This document shows, piece by piece, positions 29,078 to 39,370 of a DNA stretch of 64,000 nucleotides (positions within the stretch are counted from its first letter, which is position 1; each line of letters begins with the position of its first letter). The position numbers were made by a program, and so were the translations under genes. Origin of the DNA: Dehalococcoidia bacterium (GTDB lineage Bacteria > Chloroflexota > Dehalococcoidia > Plut-88900); contig CBDBLV010000005.1 of the NCBI GenBank assembly GCA_965207225.1, positions 896,001-960,000 of the forward strand, read 5' to 3'. Under the pieces are notes generated by a model that was given only the letters and a program-made list of their open reading frames with translations, made no database searches and was not told where the DNA came from.

Positions 29078-29695
29078 ATGATCTACGAATTTCGGAGCTA
29101 CGTGCTAAAGGTTGGGAGCATGGGAAAGTTCGAGGAGAACTTCGCGAAAGCGCTGCCCATTAGGGAGAAGCATTCGAAGCTGACGGCCTGCTGGCATACG
29201 GAGATAGGGCCGCTGAACCAGATCATTCACGTCTGGGCCTATGAGAACATGAAGCACAGGGACGAAGTGCGGGCTGCGGCCGCGGCGGAACCCGGCTGGC
29301 CCCCGCCCGGAGATGATGAGCACATAGTGAAGATGGAAACTGAGATAGTTATCCCCGCGCCCTTCCAGAAGGCGATAGAGCCGGGCCATCACGGCAACTT
29401 CTTTGAGATGCGCTACTACGATGCGCTGCCGAACTCCATGCCAGAGATAATGGATGTCTGGGGAGCGAAGCTGCCGAGTAGGCTGAAATACTCGCCCCTA
29501 TTCTTCTGCGGATACACGGAGATGGGCGCGCTGAACAGGCTAATCCACATCTGGGCCTATGAAGACATGAAACAGCGCAGTGAGATCCGTGCCGCGGCGG
29601 TCGCGGCGGGGGACTGGCCTCCGGCTACGGGAAAATTCCTGGTCACCATGAATAACAAAATCATGGTGCCGTCGTCATTCTCGCCCGTTCACTAG
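29078..29695 (+). CDS. NIPSNAP family protein (two domains)
   Basis: IYEFRSY, HTEIGPLNQIIHVWAY, repeated internally. Confidence 0.9.
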   Translation: MIYEFRSYVLKVGSMGKFEENFAKALPIREKHSKLTACWHTEIGPLNQIIHVWAYENMKHRDEVRAAAAAEPGWPPPGDDEHIVKMETEIVIPAPFQKAIEPGHHGNFFEMRYYDALPNSMPEIMDVWGAKLPSRLKYSPLFFCGYTEMGALNRLIHIWAYEDMKQRSEIRAAAVAAGDWPPATGKFLVTMNNKIMVPSSFSPVH

Positions 29696-29718
29696 ACTCA
29701 AAACCATCGGAGGAAACC

Positions 29719-30333
29719 ATGATCTACGAATTTCGCACCTACACCCTTAAACCGGGCAGTGTACCCAAGTTTGAGGAGATATTCGGGGAGGCCTTGCCGC
29801 ACCGGGAGCAATATTCCAAGCTGGCGGCGTTCTGGCATACGGAGGTCGGGCCCCTGAACCAGGTAATCCACGTCTGGGGATACGAAGATGCTCAGCAGAG
29901 GTCGGAGATCCGGGCGGCGGCTGCTCAGAATCCCAACTGGCCTCCGAAGGGCGGGCACCTCATCGTCAAGATGGAGAGCGAGATAGTAGTGCCAGGGCCC
30001 TTCCAGAAGCCGATAGAACCCGGCAACTACGGCCCCCTCTACGAGATGCGTTACTACGATGCCGTGCCCGGCTCCATGCCCGAGATCATGGAGGCATTTG
30101 GGAACAAGCTACCCGACCGGCTAAAGCACTCAGGGCTGTTCTTTGCCGGGTCCACGGACATGGGGCTGCTGAACAAGCTAATCCACATCTGGCCGTACGA
30201 GCACATGAACCACAGATCGGAGACTCGCGCCGCGGCGGTGTCCGCGGGAGACTGGCCTCCGCCCATTGGCCCGCATATCACGGCTATGAACACGAAGTTC
30301 ATGTTGCCGGCTGCTTTCTCTCCCGTTCAGTAG
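29719..30333 (+). CDS. NIPSNAP family protein, tandem paralog
   Basis: IYEFRTY, HTEVGPLNQVIHVWGY, ends FSPVQ. Confidence 0.9.
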   Translation: MIYEFRTYTLKPGSVPKFEEIFGEALPHREQYSKLAAFWHTEVGPLNQVIHVWGYEDAQQRSEIRAAAAQNPNWPPKGGHLIVKMESEIVVPGPFQKPIEPGNYGPLYEMRYYDAVPGSMPEIMEAFGNKLPDRLKHSGLFFAGSTDMGLLNKLIHIWPYEHMNHRSETRAAAVSAGDWPPPIGPHITAMNTKFMLPAAFSPVQ

Positions 30334-30350
30334 GCTGGGCGAATCGAGAC

Positions 30351-30394
30351 AAAAAAGTCGGGGCGACGGATTTTCCGTCGCCCCGATTGCTTTT
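30351..30394. terminator. Bidirectional intrinsic terminator
   Basis: AAAAAAG-TCGGGGCGACGGA-TTT-TCCGTCGCCCCGA-TTGCTTTT between convergent genes. Confidence 0.85.
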
Positions 30395-30408
30395 GGATGA
30401 AGTGTGAG

Positions 30409-31386
30409 TTAGAGAACCTGGTTGTAGAGGTCGGGCTGGCCGGAGGTCAGGCGATCGATGTTTTCGAGGAGGATGTCGATGACGTTGTCCTCGTAGGCCT
30501 GGGTCTCGCCGCCCGTGTGGGGTGTCAGGACCACGTTGTCCATATCCCAAAGCGAGCTGTCGTCCGCCAATGGCTCCTGGTCTACGACATCCAGCCCCGC
30601 GCCTGCTATCACACCGTTATTCAGAGCATCGATAAGCGCCGCCTCATCAACACATCCGCCCCGGGCCATGTTGACCAGGTAGGCGGTGGGTTTCATGCGG
30701 GATAGGGAGTCAGAGTCGATGAGGTTTCGGGTCTGGTCGTTGAGGGAGCAGGTGAGAACGATGATGTCTGACTCGGTGAGTAGTTCGTCGACCCGGTCCG
30801 GGGTGACGACCTTGTCGGCAGGACCCTCGGCGGAGGCGGGGTTGCGCTTGGTGGCAAGGACGGTCATGTCGAAGGCCTTGGCGATCTTGGCCACCCGGGA
30901 CCCGATAGCGCCCATCCCCACTATCCCTAAGGTCTTCCCTGCCAGCTCATCTTCCCGCTTCGGTATCTCGGAGATCATGCCCCGCCAGAAGTGGTCGCGC
31001 TGGTTCCTAGCCCCGGATTTGAGGTGTCGGGTGAGGGATAGGATGAGGGAGAAGGTGTGCTCGCTGACGGCATTCTTGTTAACACCGCTGGCGTTGGCGA
31101 GGCGGACGCCACGGCTCCGGAGTTCGTCCAGCGGGAACTGGTCGTAGCCTGCGCCAATGGACTGGATAAAACGGAGGCCGGGGGCGTGAGGGAGAATGTC
31201 GTTGTTCCAGAGGCCGGAGATGACTAGCACGTCGAGGTCCGATCCTCGTGCAACCAGGGAGTCATAGTCCCACACCTGGAAGCTGGATATGCCGGTATCG
31301 CGCTTCTTCAGGGTGTCGTCGAGTGCGTAGGCAACGTGGGCAAAACAGATTCGCAGGGAGTCCTTGGTCGGGAACGGGGTTGTCAT
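30409..31386 (-). CDS. D-2-hydroxyacid dehydrogenase
   Basis: GMGAIG, NMARG, GLDV, EPL, TPHTGG. Confidence 0.92.
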   Translation of the reverse strand: MTTPFPTKDSLRICFAHVAYALDDTLKKRDTGISSFQVWDYDSLVARGSDLDVLVISGLWNNDILPHAPGLRFIQSIGAGYDQFPLDELRSRGVRLANASGVNKNAVSEHTFSLILSLTRHLKSGARNQRDHFWRGMISEIPKREDELAGKTLGIVGMGAIGSRVAKIAKAFDMTVLATKRNPASAEGPADKVVTPDRVDELLTESDIIVLTCSLNDQTRNLIDSDSLSRMKPTAYLVNMARGGCVDEAALIDALNNGVIAGAGLDVVDQEPLADDSSLWDMDNVVLTPHTGGETQAYEDNVIDILLENIDRLTSGQPDLYNQVL

Positions 31387-31416
31387 TGTGTAATTTCCTT
31401 TATTGGTGAGGGTTGG

Positions 31417-32178
31417 CTAGAACCAGCTTACGCCCTTTTGATAGCCGCCGGCGATATGGAGCGCGGTGCCCGACACCCATCGTGAGGCAGGGCTGGCGAG
31501 ATATCTGACGGCCTCCCCGATGTCTCTGGGGGCGCCGAGACCCAGGGGGTATTCCGCAGTCTTGCCCGCGTCTTCTTCTTCAGACCAGCCAAACTCTTTC
31601 GAACGGACGAGACCGGGTGTCACGGCGTTCACCCGCACACCCCTGTCTGCAACTTGGGCAGAGAAGGCCATGGTGAGACCCAGCACCCCTGCCTTGGAGG
31701 TGTTGTAGGCGGGGGACATCCGCTTTGAGCCGATCCGCGCCGACTGCGAGCTGATGTTCACTATGGCGCCGCTGCCCGCCTTGAGCATGGGCTGGAGTGC
31801 CGCCTTGGAGCAGTAGAAGACTCCGCTGAGGTTTACGTCGATAACCCTGGTCCATTCCTCGTCTGGCAGGTCCCAGGCGTTGCCGTCGGGTGCGTCGATC
31901 CCGGCATCGTTGACAAGGATATCCAGCCTTGCAAAAGTGTTCAGGGCCAGGTCAACGAGAGCTTGGGCGTCCTCTGGGTTGCTGGTGTCCATCTGCATGG
32001 AGACGGCTTTGCCTCCCAGGTCGTCGACCATGCGCACGGTCTCCGAGGAGTCAAGCAGGTCGCCTATCACAATTGAAGCTCCAGCCTCGGCGAGGACAAT
32101 GGCGATGCCACGGCCAATGCCTCGGGCGCCTCCGGTGACTATGGCAACCTGGTTATCGAGTCTCGTTGCGTCTGGCAT
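31417..32178 (-). CDS. Short-chain dehydrogenase/reductase
   Basis: TGGARGIG, YNTSK. Confidence 0.92.
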   Translation of the reverse strand: MPDATRLDNQVAIVTGGARGIGRGIAIVLAEAGASIVIGDLLDSSETVRMVDDLGGKAVSMQMDTSNPEDAQALVDLALNTFARLDILVNDAGIDAPDGNAWDLPDEEWTRVIDVNLSGVFYCSKAALQPMLKAGSGAIVNISSQSARIGSKRMSPAYNTSKAGVLGLTMAFSAQVADRGVRVNAVTPGLVRSKEFGWSEEEDAGKTAEYPLGLGAPRDIGEAVRYLASPASRWVSGTALHIAGGYQKGVSWF

Positions 32179-32186
32179 GGCGTTTC

Positions 32187-33434
32187 CTAGGTTATCCCCT
32201 CTTCGCTGAGGGAAGCTATCTCTTCCGAGGTGAGGCCGAGCAACTTCGAGTAGACCATCTCGTTGTCGTAGCCGAGGGCTACCGAGCCCCGCCAGATTTT
32301 CCCCGGCGTCTCCGAAAACTTGGGCACGATGCCCGTCCCTTTCACCGTGCGGCCCAGCTGGACGTCATCCCATTCCACGTGCATGTCCCGCATCTCGAAG
32401 TGGGGATCGTTGGCCGTATCTTCGGGAGTCATGATGGGGCAGCAGGCGACCTGGGCCTCGTTCATGGTCTCTACGATCTGGTCGACTGTGCGCTCCTCCG
32501 CCCAGGCCCGGATGACGGCGTCGAATTCCAGTCCCTCGGGGGTGTAGACGCCTCGGTGGGCTTTCTGCCATTTCTCTTCCTTGGGGTCGAGGCCCAGGAC
32601 TTCGCATACTCGGTCGTAGGGCGTGCCGACAGCGGCGATTATCACCCAGCCATCCTTGGCCCGGAACACGTCGTAAGGTTGGAACAGGCCGGCCTTGTTG
32701 CCCGACCGTCCCCGGTTCAAACCCATTTCGTAGTATGCGACCATCGTTCCGGCGAGAATCTTGTGTATGGCCTCGTACTGAGCGAGGTCGATGACCTGCC
32801 CTTGGCCCGTGCGCTGGGCATGGATATAACCGGCAAGGGAAGACCAGAGGCAGAACCCGGCGGTGATGTAGTCGGCGGTCCAGGGCACGGCGCGGACGGG
32901 CGGCTCGGGGTCTGCGAAGCCTGTGAGGTGCATCATACCGCCGAAACCCTGGCCGATGAAATCGTATGAGGCGCGCCCGAGGTAGTCGGGGTGGCCGCTC
33001 TGACCGTATCCCGAGACGTGGCATATGACGATTTTCGGGTTGGCCTTGAGAACTTCTTCGTCGGTGATGCCCCATCGCTTGTAGGCTCCGGGCTTGGAGG
33101 ACTCCATCCAGATGTCGGCCTGGGCAGCGAGTTGAAGAAATAGCTCCTTGCCCCTGGGCTTGGAGAGGTCCAGGGTGACATGAAACATGTTGCGCCGTTC
33201 TTGCACCCAGGCGCTGGCCGTCGAGACTCCGCCCGGGCCCTCCAGAGGGAACTCCAGGTTGCGCCAGACCAAGTCTCCCTGGCCGGGGCGCTCCACCTGG
33301 ATTACCTCGGCGCCCATCTCTGCGGCGAGAAGGGCGGCGAAGGGCTGGGCTATGATTGTGCCGCTGGACAATATCTTGACGCCCTGGAGGGGGCCGAAGG
33401 CCTCGGGAACGAGGGGGGTTGCATCAGGGGTCAT
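32187..33434 (-). CDS. Family III CoA-transferase, CaiB-like
   Basis: FGPLQG, DIWMESSK..GITDE..NPKIVICHVSGYGQ, WTADY, PGKIWRG recall E. coli CaiB. Confidence 0.88.
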   Translation of the reverse strand: MTPDATPLVPEAFGPLQGVKILSSGTIIAQPFAALLAAEMGAEVIQVERPGQGDLVWRNLEFPLEGPGGVSTASAWVQERRNMFHVTLDLSKPRGKELFLQLAAQADIWMESSKPGAYKRWGITDEEVLKANPKIVICHVSGYGQSGHPDYLGRASYDFIGQGFGGMMHLTGFADPEPPVRAVPWTADYITAGFCLWSSLAGYIHAQRTGQGQVIDLAQYEAIHKILAGTMVAYYEMGLNRGRSGNKAGLFQPYDVFRAKDGWVIIAAVGTPYDRVCEVLGLDPKEEKWQKAHRGVYTPEGLEFDAVIRAWAEERTVDQIVETMNEAQVACCPIMTPEDTANDPHFEMRDMHVEWDDVQLGRTVKGTGIVPKFSETPGKIWRGSVALGYDNEMVYSKLLGLTSEEIASLSEEGIT

Positions 33435-33460
33435 AGTGTTCTCCCGTAATGATTAGGCGA

Positions 33461-35113
33461 TCAGTCCTTGGCATAGCGTTGGAGCTCGCGTTGCCGGAGC
33501 TCGACGCGGCGGATCTTGCCGCTGATGGTCTTCGGAAGCTCGGTGACGAACTCTATCTCACGGGGGTACTTGTAGGGAGCTGTGGACTGCTTGACGTGGT
33601 CCTGCAGACTGACGACGAGTTCGTCGGAAGGCACGTGGCCCGGGCTCAAGATTACGAAGGCTTTGACTATATCCCCGCGCACAGGATGAGGGCTGGCTAC
33701 GACCGCCGACTCTGCAACTGCCGGATGCTCTATGAGGGCACTTTCAACTTCAAAGGGGCCGATACGGTATCCGGCGGAGATAATCACGTCGTCGGCGCGG
33801 CCTACGAAATAGTAGTAACCGTCCTCGTCCTTGTAGGCCTTGTCGCCGGTGTAGTACCAGTCGCCGAGGAAGACGCCTCGCGTCGTCTCCTCATTGCGCC
33901 AGTATTCCTGGAACAGGCCGACGGGGCGCTCGGGTTTGACCCGCACGGCTATCTGGCCCTCTTCGCCGGGTGGGAGCTCAACGCCTTCCTCGTTGACGAT
34001 GGAGATATTGAAGCCGGGGGTAGGTTTGCCCATGGATCCGGGGATTACCGGCAGGCAGCGGTAGTTGCCGACCAGGAGGACAGACTCGGTCTGGCCGTAG
34101 CCATCGTAGATGGTGAGGCCAGTGCCGTCGTGCCACTGCTTGATGACTTCCGGGTTCAGAGGCTCACCGGCGCTGGTGCAGTGTCGAAGGCCGGAGAGGT
34201 CGTACTTTGCCAGATCTTCGAGGACGAGGAGTCGGTATACGGTTGGGGGGGCGCAGAAGGAGGTGACGCCGAAGTTGCCGAGGATGTTCAAGGTGACCTC
34301 GGGGTCGAAGCGGCCCTTGGCATCGTGCTGCATAACGGTGGCACCCTGGGTCCACTGGCCGAAGAGTTTGCCGTAGGCTGTTTTGGCCCAGCCAGTGTCG
34401 GAGATGGTCCACTGGAGGTCTGTGGAGCGGAGGTCGTGCCAGAACCTGGCAGTGATAACGTGGGCGAGGCCATAGGAGGCCTGGGTGTGGAGCACCATTT
34501 TCGGGTAGCCGACCGTGCCCGAGGTGAAATACAGCATCAGGGGGTCGTCGCTACGGGTGGGCTCAACGTCTTCCAGGTGTGGGGAGGCTTTGGCCATCTC
34601 GTCATCGTAGGAGAGCCAGCCGGTCCTCGAGCCCCGGGTGGTCATAAGGACCTGGAGCGACGGGCATTGCCCGGCGACCTGGTCGACTTTTGGTGCGTTT
34701 TCTACGTCGGTGATGACGATGGCGGCGTCCGAGGCGTTGATGCGGTATTCGATGTCCCTGGGGGTGCACATGGTTGTGGCGGGCATGGGCAGAACACCCA
34801 GCTTGATCATACCCAGCAGGGCAATGTACCACTCCGGGTTCCGGGGCAGCATCAGGAAGGCGCGATCGCCCTTCTTCAGCCCCTGGGCCCGCAGGATGTT
34901 GGCGAAGCGGTTGGACTGGACTTTAAGGTCCCAGAAGGAGTGGCTTTCGGCGGTGATGCCGTCGGAATCTACGGTGAGGAGAGCTAGCTTGGTGCGGTCC
35001 TCTGCCCACTTGTCAACCACGTCGAAGGCGAAATTGTAGAACTCTGGCACGTCCAGCCGGAAGGATTTATAGGTCTCCTCATAGTTCTCCATGTTCATGG
35101 GAGACTCGGCCAT
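33461..35113 (-). CDS. Acyl-CoA synthetase (medium-chain, AMP-forming)
   Basis: YFTSGTVGYPK, YGQTE, GRADD, PKTISGKIRR. Confidence 0.92.
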   Translation of the reverse strand: MAESPMNMENYEETYKSFRLDVPEFYNFAFDVVDKWAEDRTKLALLTVDSDGITAESHSFWDLKVQSNRFANILRAQGLKKGDRAFLMLPRNPEWYIALLGMIKLGVLPMPATTMCTPRDIEYRINASDAAIVITDVENAPKVDQVAGQCPSLQVLMTTRGSRTGWLSYDDEMAKASPHLEDVEPTRSDDPLMLYFTSGTVGYPKMVLHTQASYGLAHVITARFWHDLRSTDLQWTISDTGWAKTAYGKLFGQWTQGATVMQHDAKGRFDPEVTLNILGNFGVTSFCAPPTVYRLLVLEDLAKYDLSGLRHCTSAGEPLNPEVIKQWHDGTGLTIYDGYGQTESVLLVGNYRCLPVIPGSMGKPTPGFNISIVNEEGVELPPGEEGQIAVRVKPERPVGLFQEYWRNEETTRGVFLGDWYYTGDKAYKDEDGYYYFVGRADDVIISAGYRIGPFEVESALIEHPAVAESAVVASPHPVRGDIVKAFVILSPGHVPSDELVVSLQDHVKQSTAPYKYPREIEFVTELPKTISGKIRRVELRQRELQRYAKD

Positions 35114-35184
35114 GAGGTTCCTCCTTCCTTCTTGGTTTCGATAGCAGGCTCGGATATTTACCCGGAAGCGGTCACTGGGGCCGG

Positions 35185-36141
35185 CTACAGGCTCTTGTTG
35201 ATCTCGCTGAGTGCTGCGACAGTGCGCTGTCGAGAGGCTATGGGGTCGGGGCCCGGTGTGACGATGGAGGCGTAGACCTCGTCGGCGCCGTCTTCGAAGA
35301 GGGACTGTACCTGGGAGGCGACGGCGTTCTGGTCGCCGGAGAAGGTGAAGGAGTCGATTAGCTCATCCGAGAGGCCGGAGTCTCGGCTGATGCCGGGGAA
35401 GCCTGCGGCGGCGAACATGTTGATGTAGTACTCGGCGGAGGCGAAGTAGGTAAAGTCCTGCCGGACGGCGGCTCGCACCTCTTCAACGTCTTCGTGGAGA
35501 CAGGTGACGAAGTGGGCGATGAGGGGTGGGGTGGGACGGCCGGCGTTGCGAGCGCCTTCTTCGAGAGCGGGTCGGGCGTAGTCCCGGAGGTAGGGAGGCG
35601 GGCATAGCCAGCTTATTGCGCCGTCTGCGACTTCGCCGCAAGCACGAAAGGCTCCGGTGCCGAGGGCCGAGCCGATGACCGGGACATCGGGAATCGGGGC
35701 GCCGATGCTGGCGTTGGCCCGGTACTGGGTGCCCTGGAAATCGACATTCCCCGTCTGCAGCAGGGATCTGGCGACCTGGATGTACTCCCGCATGTTGGTG
35801 ACGGGCTGCCGGAAGTCGGCGCCGTAGGTCTTTATCATGCCGCCCTTGCCGCTGGGCCCGACCCCGAACCGCAACCTCCCGGGAGCGAGGTTGGCAATGA
35901 CCTGGATCTGCTGGACCGAGTAGACGGGGTGCTGGCCCCAGGTGGGTGTCACGGCGGTACCCATCTTTATGGTGTCGGTGCGGGCGGCGGCTGCGGAGAA
36001 TATGGTAAGGGCGTCGGCGCCGGGGGCCCCGGTAGTGAGCCAGACGGCGGGGATGCCCATGTCTTCCAGGTCCTTGATGCCATGCACGATGGCTCGGGGG
36101 TCTCCGGGTACATTTACTACGCCGACGTTTCTCTCAGACAT
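35185..36141 (-). CDS. LLM class (probably F420-dependent) oxidoreductase
   Basis: GTAVTPTWGQHP, GRLRFGVGPS, ADGAISW; paralog of 18003-18944. Confidence 0.87.
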   Translation of the reverse strand: MSERNVGVVNVPGDPRAIVHGIKDLEDMGIPAVWLTTGAPGADALTIFSAAAARTDTIKMGTAVTPTWGQHPVYSVQQIQVIANLAPGRLRFGVGPSGKGGMIKTYGADFRQPVTNMREYIQVARSLLQTGNVDFQGTQYRANASIGAPIPDVPVIGSALGTGAFRACGEVADGAISWLCPPPYLRDYARPALEEGARNAGRPTPPLIAHFVTCLHEDVEEVRAAVRQDFTYFASAEYYINMFAAAGFPGISRDSGLSDELIDSFTFSGDQNAVASQVQSLFEDGADEVYASIVTPGPDPIASRQRTVAALSEINKSL

Positions 36142-36304
36142 TGGGTTCTCCTGGGAAGTTGGGATGCTTTGCCATATTAGCAGGGGAGAGGTGAGGGGTG
36201 GTAGTCCTACCCTGTTTTCACGGTTCCTGGATAACTGCTAACATGTCAGCGGATTTTGGGCCTGACTTGGGCCTTCTTTACATCGCAACAACGGGAGAGA
36301 GAAC

Positions 36305-38209
36305 GTGGTAGAGCAGAGACAGATTGACCACTTGCTGCAGGAGACCGGCGAGATTGAGCCGCCTCCACACCTTGTGGAAAATGCCAACATCCAGGACTAC
36401 GAGACCGAGTATCGGCGCTCCACGGAAGACCCTGAGGGATTCTGGTCGGAGATTGCGTCGGAGCTGGACTGGTTCAAGCCCTGGACCCGGGTCTTCGAGT
36501 GGGACTACCCCAACTTCAAGTGGTTCCCGGACGGCGAGTGTAACATTACCTACAACTGCCTTGACCGGCACCTGTCCGATGGACGTAAGAACAAGGCCGC
36601 GTTCATATGGCTGGGGGAAGATGGCTCGGAAAAGGTGCTGACGTACGGTCGGCTGACACAGCTGGTTAACCGGATGGCCAACGGGCTGAGGGGGCTCGGG
36701 GTGGGTAAAGGAGACCGGGTGGTAATCTACATGCCTCTCACGCCGGAGGGTGTTATCTCCATGCTGGCCTGCGCACGGGTCGGGGCGGTGCACAGCGTAG
36801 TGTATGCGGGTTTCAGCGTCGGGGCGCTGCGGCAGAGAATCCTGGATGCGGAGGCGAAAGTGGTCATTACGGCTGACTACGGATACCGGCGGGGCAAGCC
36901 CGTGGATTTGAAGGGGATTAGCGACGAGGCGTCGAAGGACATCGACCATCTGAAGCACATCATTGTCTGGCGTCGGGAGACGAAGGACGTGGCGCTGAAG
37001 GAGAAAGAGGTCGACTTCGACGACTTGCTGGCCAGCGGGGGTGTCGAGTGCGAGGCCGAGGTGATGAATGCAGAAGACCCGCTGTTCATACTGTACACCA
37101 GCGGCACGACGGGCAAGCCGAAGGGCGTACAGCACGTGCACGGCGGGTTCATGGTCGGGACGTACTACCACTTCCGGTCTTTCTGGGACATGAAGGAAGA
37201 TGACGTCTACTGGTGCACCTCGGATATCGGGTGGGTTGTGGGACACAGCTATATCGTGTATGCGCCCCTGCTCTATGGAGCAACCACGGTCTTCCGAGAA
37301 GGCGCCCCCGACTATCCCGATCCGAGCGCTTTCTACGAGGTAATTGAGAAGTACGGTGTGAACGTCATGTTCACTGCGCCCACGGTGCTCCGGATGCTGA
37401 TGCGCTACGGCGAGCGGCATGCCGAGGGCTACGACCTGAGCACGCTGCGGTTGCTGACCTGTGCGGGTGAACCCCTGAACCCGGAGGCCCAACGCTGGGC
37501 CTATGAGCACCTATGCGGCAACGGCGAGTGGGGCTACATCGTCGATAACTGGTGGCAGACGGAGACGGGCGGGCCGTGCCTCGGGACCATGCCGATTATG
37601 AAGGTCAAGCCGGGAAGGGTGGGAAGGCCATTGCCGGGTGTCGAGATGGACATAGTCGACCGGGAAGGCGTGCCCATCACGGAGCCCGACAAGGGCGGGA
37701 TGCTGGTCATCAAGCGGCCCTTCCCGAGCTTCTTCCGCACCGTCTACGGCGACGCATCCCGGTTCGATAAGGACTGGAATACCATCCCTGGCGTCTATTT
37801 CTCAGGAGACGTAGCCCTACGGGACGCGGAGAACTACTACATGGTGGTGGGTCGGGCGGACGACGTGCTGAACGTGGCAGGCCACCGGATTGGGTCGGCA
37901 GAGGTGGAGAGTGCGCTAGTGTCGCACCCGGCTGTAGCGGAGGCGGCGGTAATCGGGAAGCCGGATGAGATAAAGGGAGAGCAGATCAAGGGGTTTGTGA
38001 CACTGCGGGCCGGGGAGACGGGATCGGACGAGATGGTGAAGGCGCTGAAGCTGCACGTCAGAAAGGAACTCGGACCTATTGCAGTCCCAACAGATATAGA
38101 CTTCACCCCTGTCCTGCCAAAGACGAGGTCAGGTAAGATCATGCGCCGGCTGTTGAAAGCGCAGGAGTTGGGGCTCGACCCCGGAGATATCACGACGCTG
38201 GAGGACTAG
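36305..38209 (+). CDS. acs: Acetyl-CoA synthetase
   Basis: LFILYTSGTTGKPKG, DNWWQTETGG, GHRIGSAEVESAL, LPKTRSGKIMRR. Confidence 0.92.
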   Translation: MVEQRQIDHLLQETGEIEPPPHLVENANIQDYETEYRRSTEDPEGFWSEIASELDWFKPWTRVFEWDYPNFKWFPDGECNITYNCLDRHLSDGRKNKAAFIWLGEDGSEKVLTYGRLTQLVNRMANGLRGLGVGKGDRVVIYMPLTPEGVISMLACARVGAVHSVVYAGFSVGALRQRILDAEAKVVITADYGYRRGKPVDLKGISDEASKDIDHLKHIIVWRRETKDVALKEKEVDFDDLLASGGVECEAEVMNAEDPLFILYTSGTTGKPKGVQHVHGGFMVGTYYHFRSFWDMKEDDVYWCTSDIGWVVGHSYIVYAPLLYGATTVFREGAPDYPDPSAFYEVIEKYGVNVMFTAPTVLRMLMRYGERHAEGYDLSTLRLLTCAGEPLNPEAQRWAYEHLCGNGEWGYIVDNWWQTETGGPCLGTMPIMKVKPGRVGRPLPGVEMDIVDREGVPITEPDKGGMLVIKRPFPSFFRTVYGDASRFDKDWNTIPGVYFSGDVALRDAENYYMVVGRADDVLNVAGHRIGSAEVESALVSHPAVAEAAVIGKPDEIKGEQIKGFVTLRAGETGSDEMVKALKLHVRKELGPIAVPTDIDFTPVLPKTRSGKIMRRLLKAQELGLDPGDITTLED

Positions 38210-38254
38210 GGCCGGGAGGGAGTCATCGCTACTTCGAGATATTCTGAACAACAT

Positions 38255-38521
38255 GATCCTCGGGGGCCGAAGCCTGACGTGCCCCAGGACCGCACCGCCC
38301 CAGAGTACAGCCATTCCCAGCTGCTGGAATTGACCAGGTGGGTGCTGTCGGACAACGTACCTCGTACAGATGATGAACTGAGAGAAGAGCTAATGAATGA
38401 GCTGGGTCTACGACGCCGGGGCCTGCGAATGAACCTGTACCTGAATACGGCCATATCCAACGCCCGACGGGAGGCCGCGAAGGCTCAAGAGTCGGGCGGG
38501 ATGGAATCGACGGAAACCTAG
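38255..38521 (+). pseudogene. Probable C-terminal fragment of a larger protein (resembles tails of SF1/AAA helicase-nucleases)
   Basis: PRGPKPDVP..EYSHSQLLELTRWVLSD..RTDDEL..ELGLRRRG; no good start or RBS. Confidence 0.4.
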
Positions 38522-38539
38522 AGGAGCAAGGAGCGGAAG

Positions 38540-39352
38540 ATGAGAGAAGTCCAGCCGGGTCGAGTGCACCTGATAACCGGGGGATATCCGCCGGGCGCCC
38601 TGGCCCAGCATGACATGGACTATGCACGGATTCGGCTCCTGGAACTTCTGGAGGAGAGGGGCGTGCAGGCGACGGTCGGGAATGACTTTACCGACATTGA
38701 GAAATGGCTGCCAGGCACTTCCCTGATGCTGACATATACGGCAGGCCCTTTCTTGAGTGGCGACCAGAATAAGCTGGTACGCAGGTGGATGGAAGACGGG
38801 GGTCGGTGGTTCGGGCTGCATGGGACCAGCGGGGGAAGGGCGAAACGGGTAGAGGGAGAGACGCGACGGATGATGATCAAGTCGGAGCATCACGACACCT
38901 TGGGGAGCTTCTTCATCAGTCATCCGCAGACCAGGAAGTTCCGGGTGGACGTGTCGGGAGCGGACAATCCTCTCACGAAAGGGTTGCCGTCTTCGTTCAT
39001 GACCATCGACGAGCCGTACATGATCGAGATCCAGCACCCGAATGAGACGGAGGTTGTGCTGTCAGCGGAGCTGGGGCCCGATCACTCGGGGTACGGGTTC
39101 ATCTACGATGAGGACACGTCGTTGCAGGCCGATGGCAAGACGCGGATCCTGGCATACACACGGGATGTGGGGAAGGGCGGGGTGGCTTACATAGCACTGG
39201 GGCATTGCCATTCACCGGCCAGCCAGACCAACCATGCTTTCGACGAGACTATCGAGGACCCGGAGTCGATGCCGAAGTCGTTCAGGGCGAGCTGGGAGGT
39301 AGAGGAGTACCTGCAGATGCTACGGAACGGTATCGACTGGGGGGTGGGGTAA
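38540..39352 (+). CDS. ThuA-like (class I GATase-fold) protein
   Basis: HDMDYAR, GGRWFGLHG, DEPY, YIALGH. Confidence 0.82.
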   Translation: MREVQPGRVHLITGGYPPGALAQHDMDYARIRLLELLEERGVQATVGNDFTDIEKWLPGTSLMLTYTAGPFLSGDQNKLVRRWMEDGGRWFGLHGTSGGRAKRVEGETRRMMIKSEHHDTLGSFFISHPQTRKFRVDVSGADNPLTKGLPSSFMTIDEPYMIEIQHPNETEVVLSAELGPDHSGYGFIYDEDTSLQADGKTRILAYTRDVGKGGVAYIALGHCHSPASQTNHAFDETIEDPESMPKSFRASWEVEEYLQMLRNGIDWGVG

Positions 39353-39370
39353 CTCCAGGCGTCTTTGCAG

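Noticed and set aside
33449-34987. Long antisense ORFs (also 36278-37510, 50468-52021, 40447-41547, 20883-22010)
   Set aside because: Shadow frames opposite well-supported genes, typical of high-GC codon usage, with no motifs.
38207-38521. The ORF after acs is in the same frame, separated only by TAG (possible read-through or pyrrolysine)
   Set aside because: Acs ends at its normal C-terminus (GDITTLED), a frame match has a 1-in-3 chance, no pyl genes are seen, and the downstream part looks like an unrelated gene remnant.
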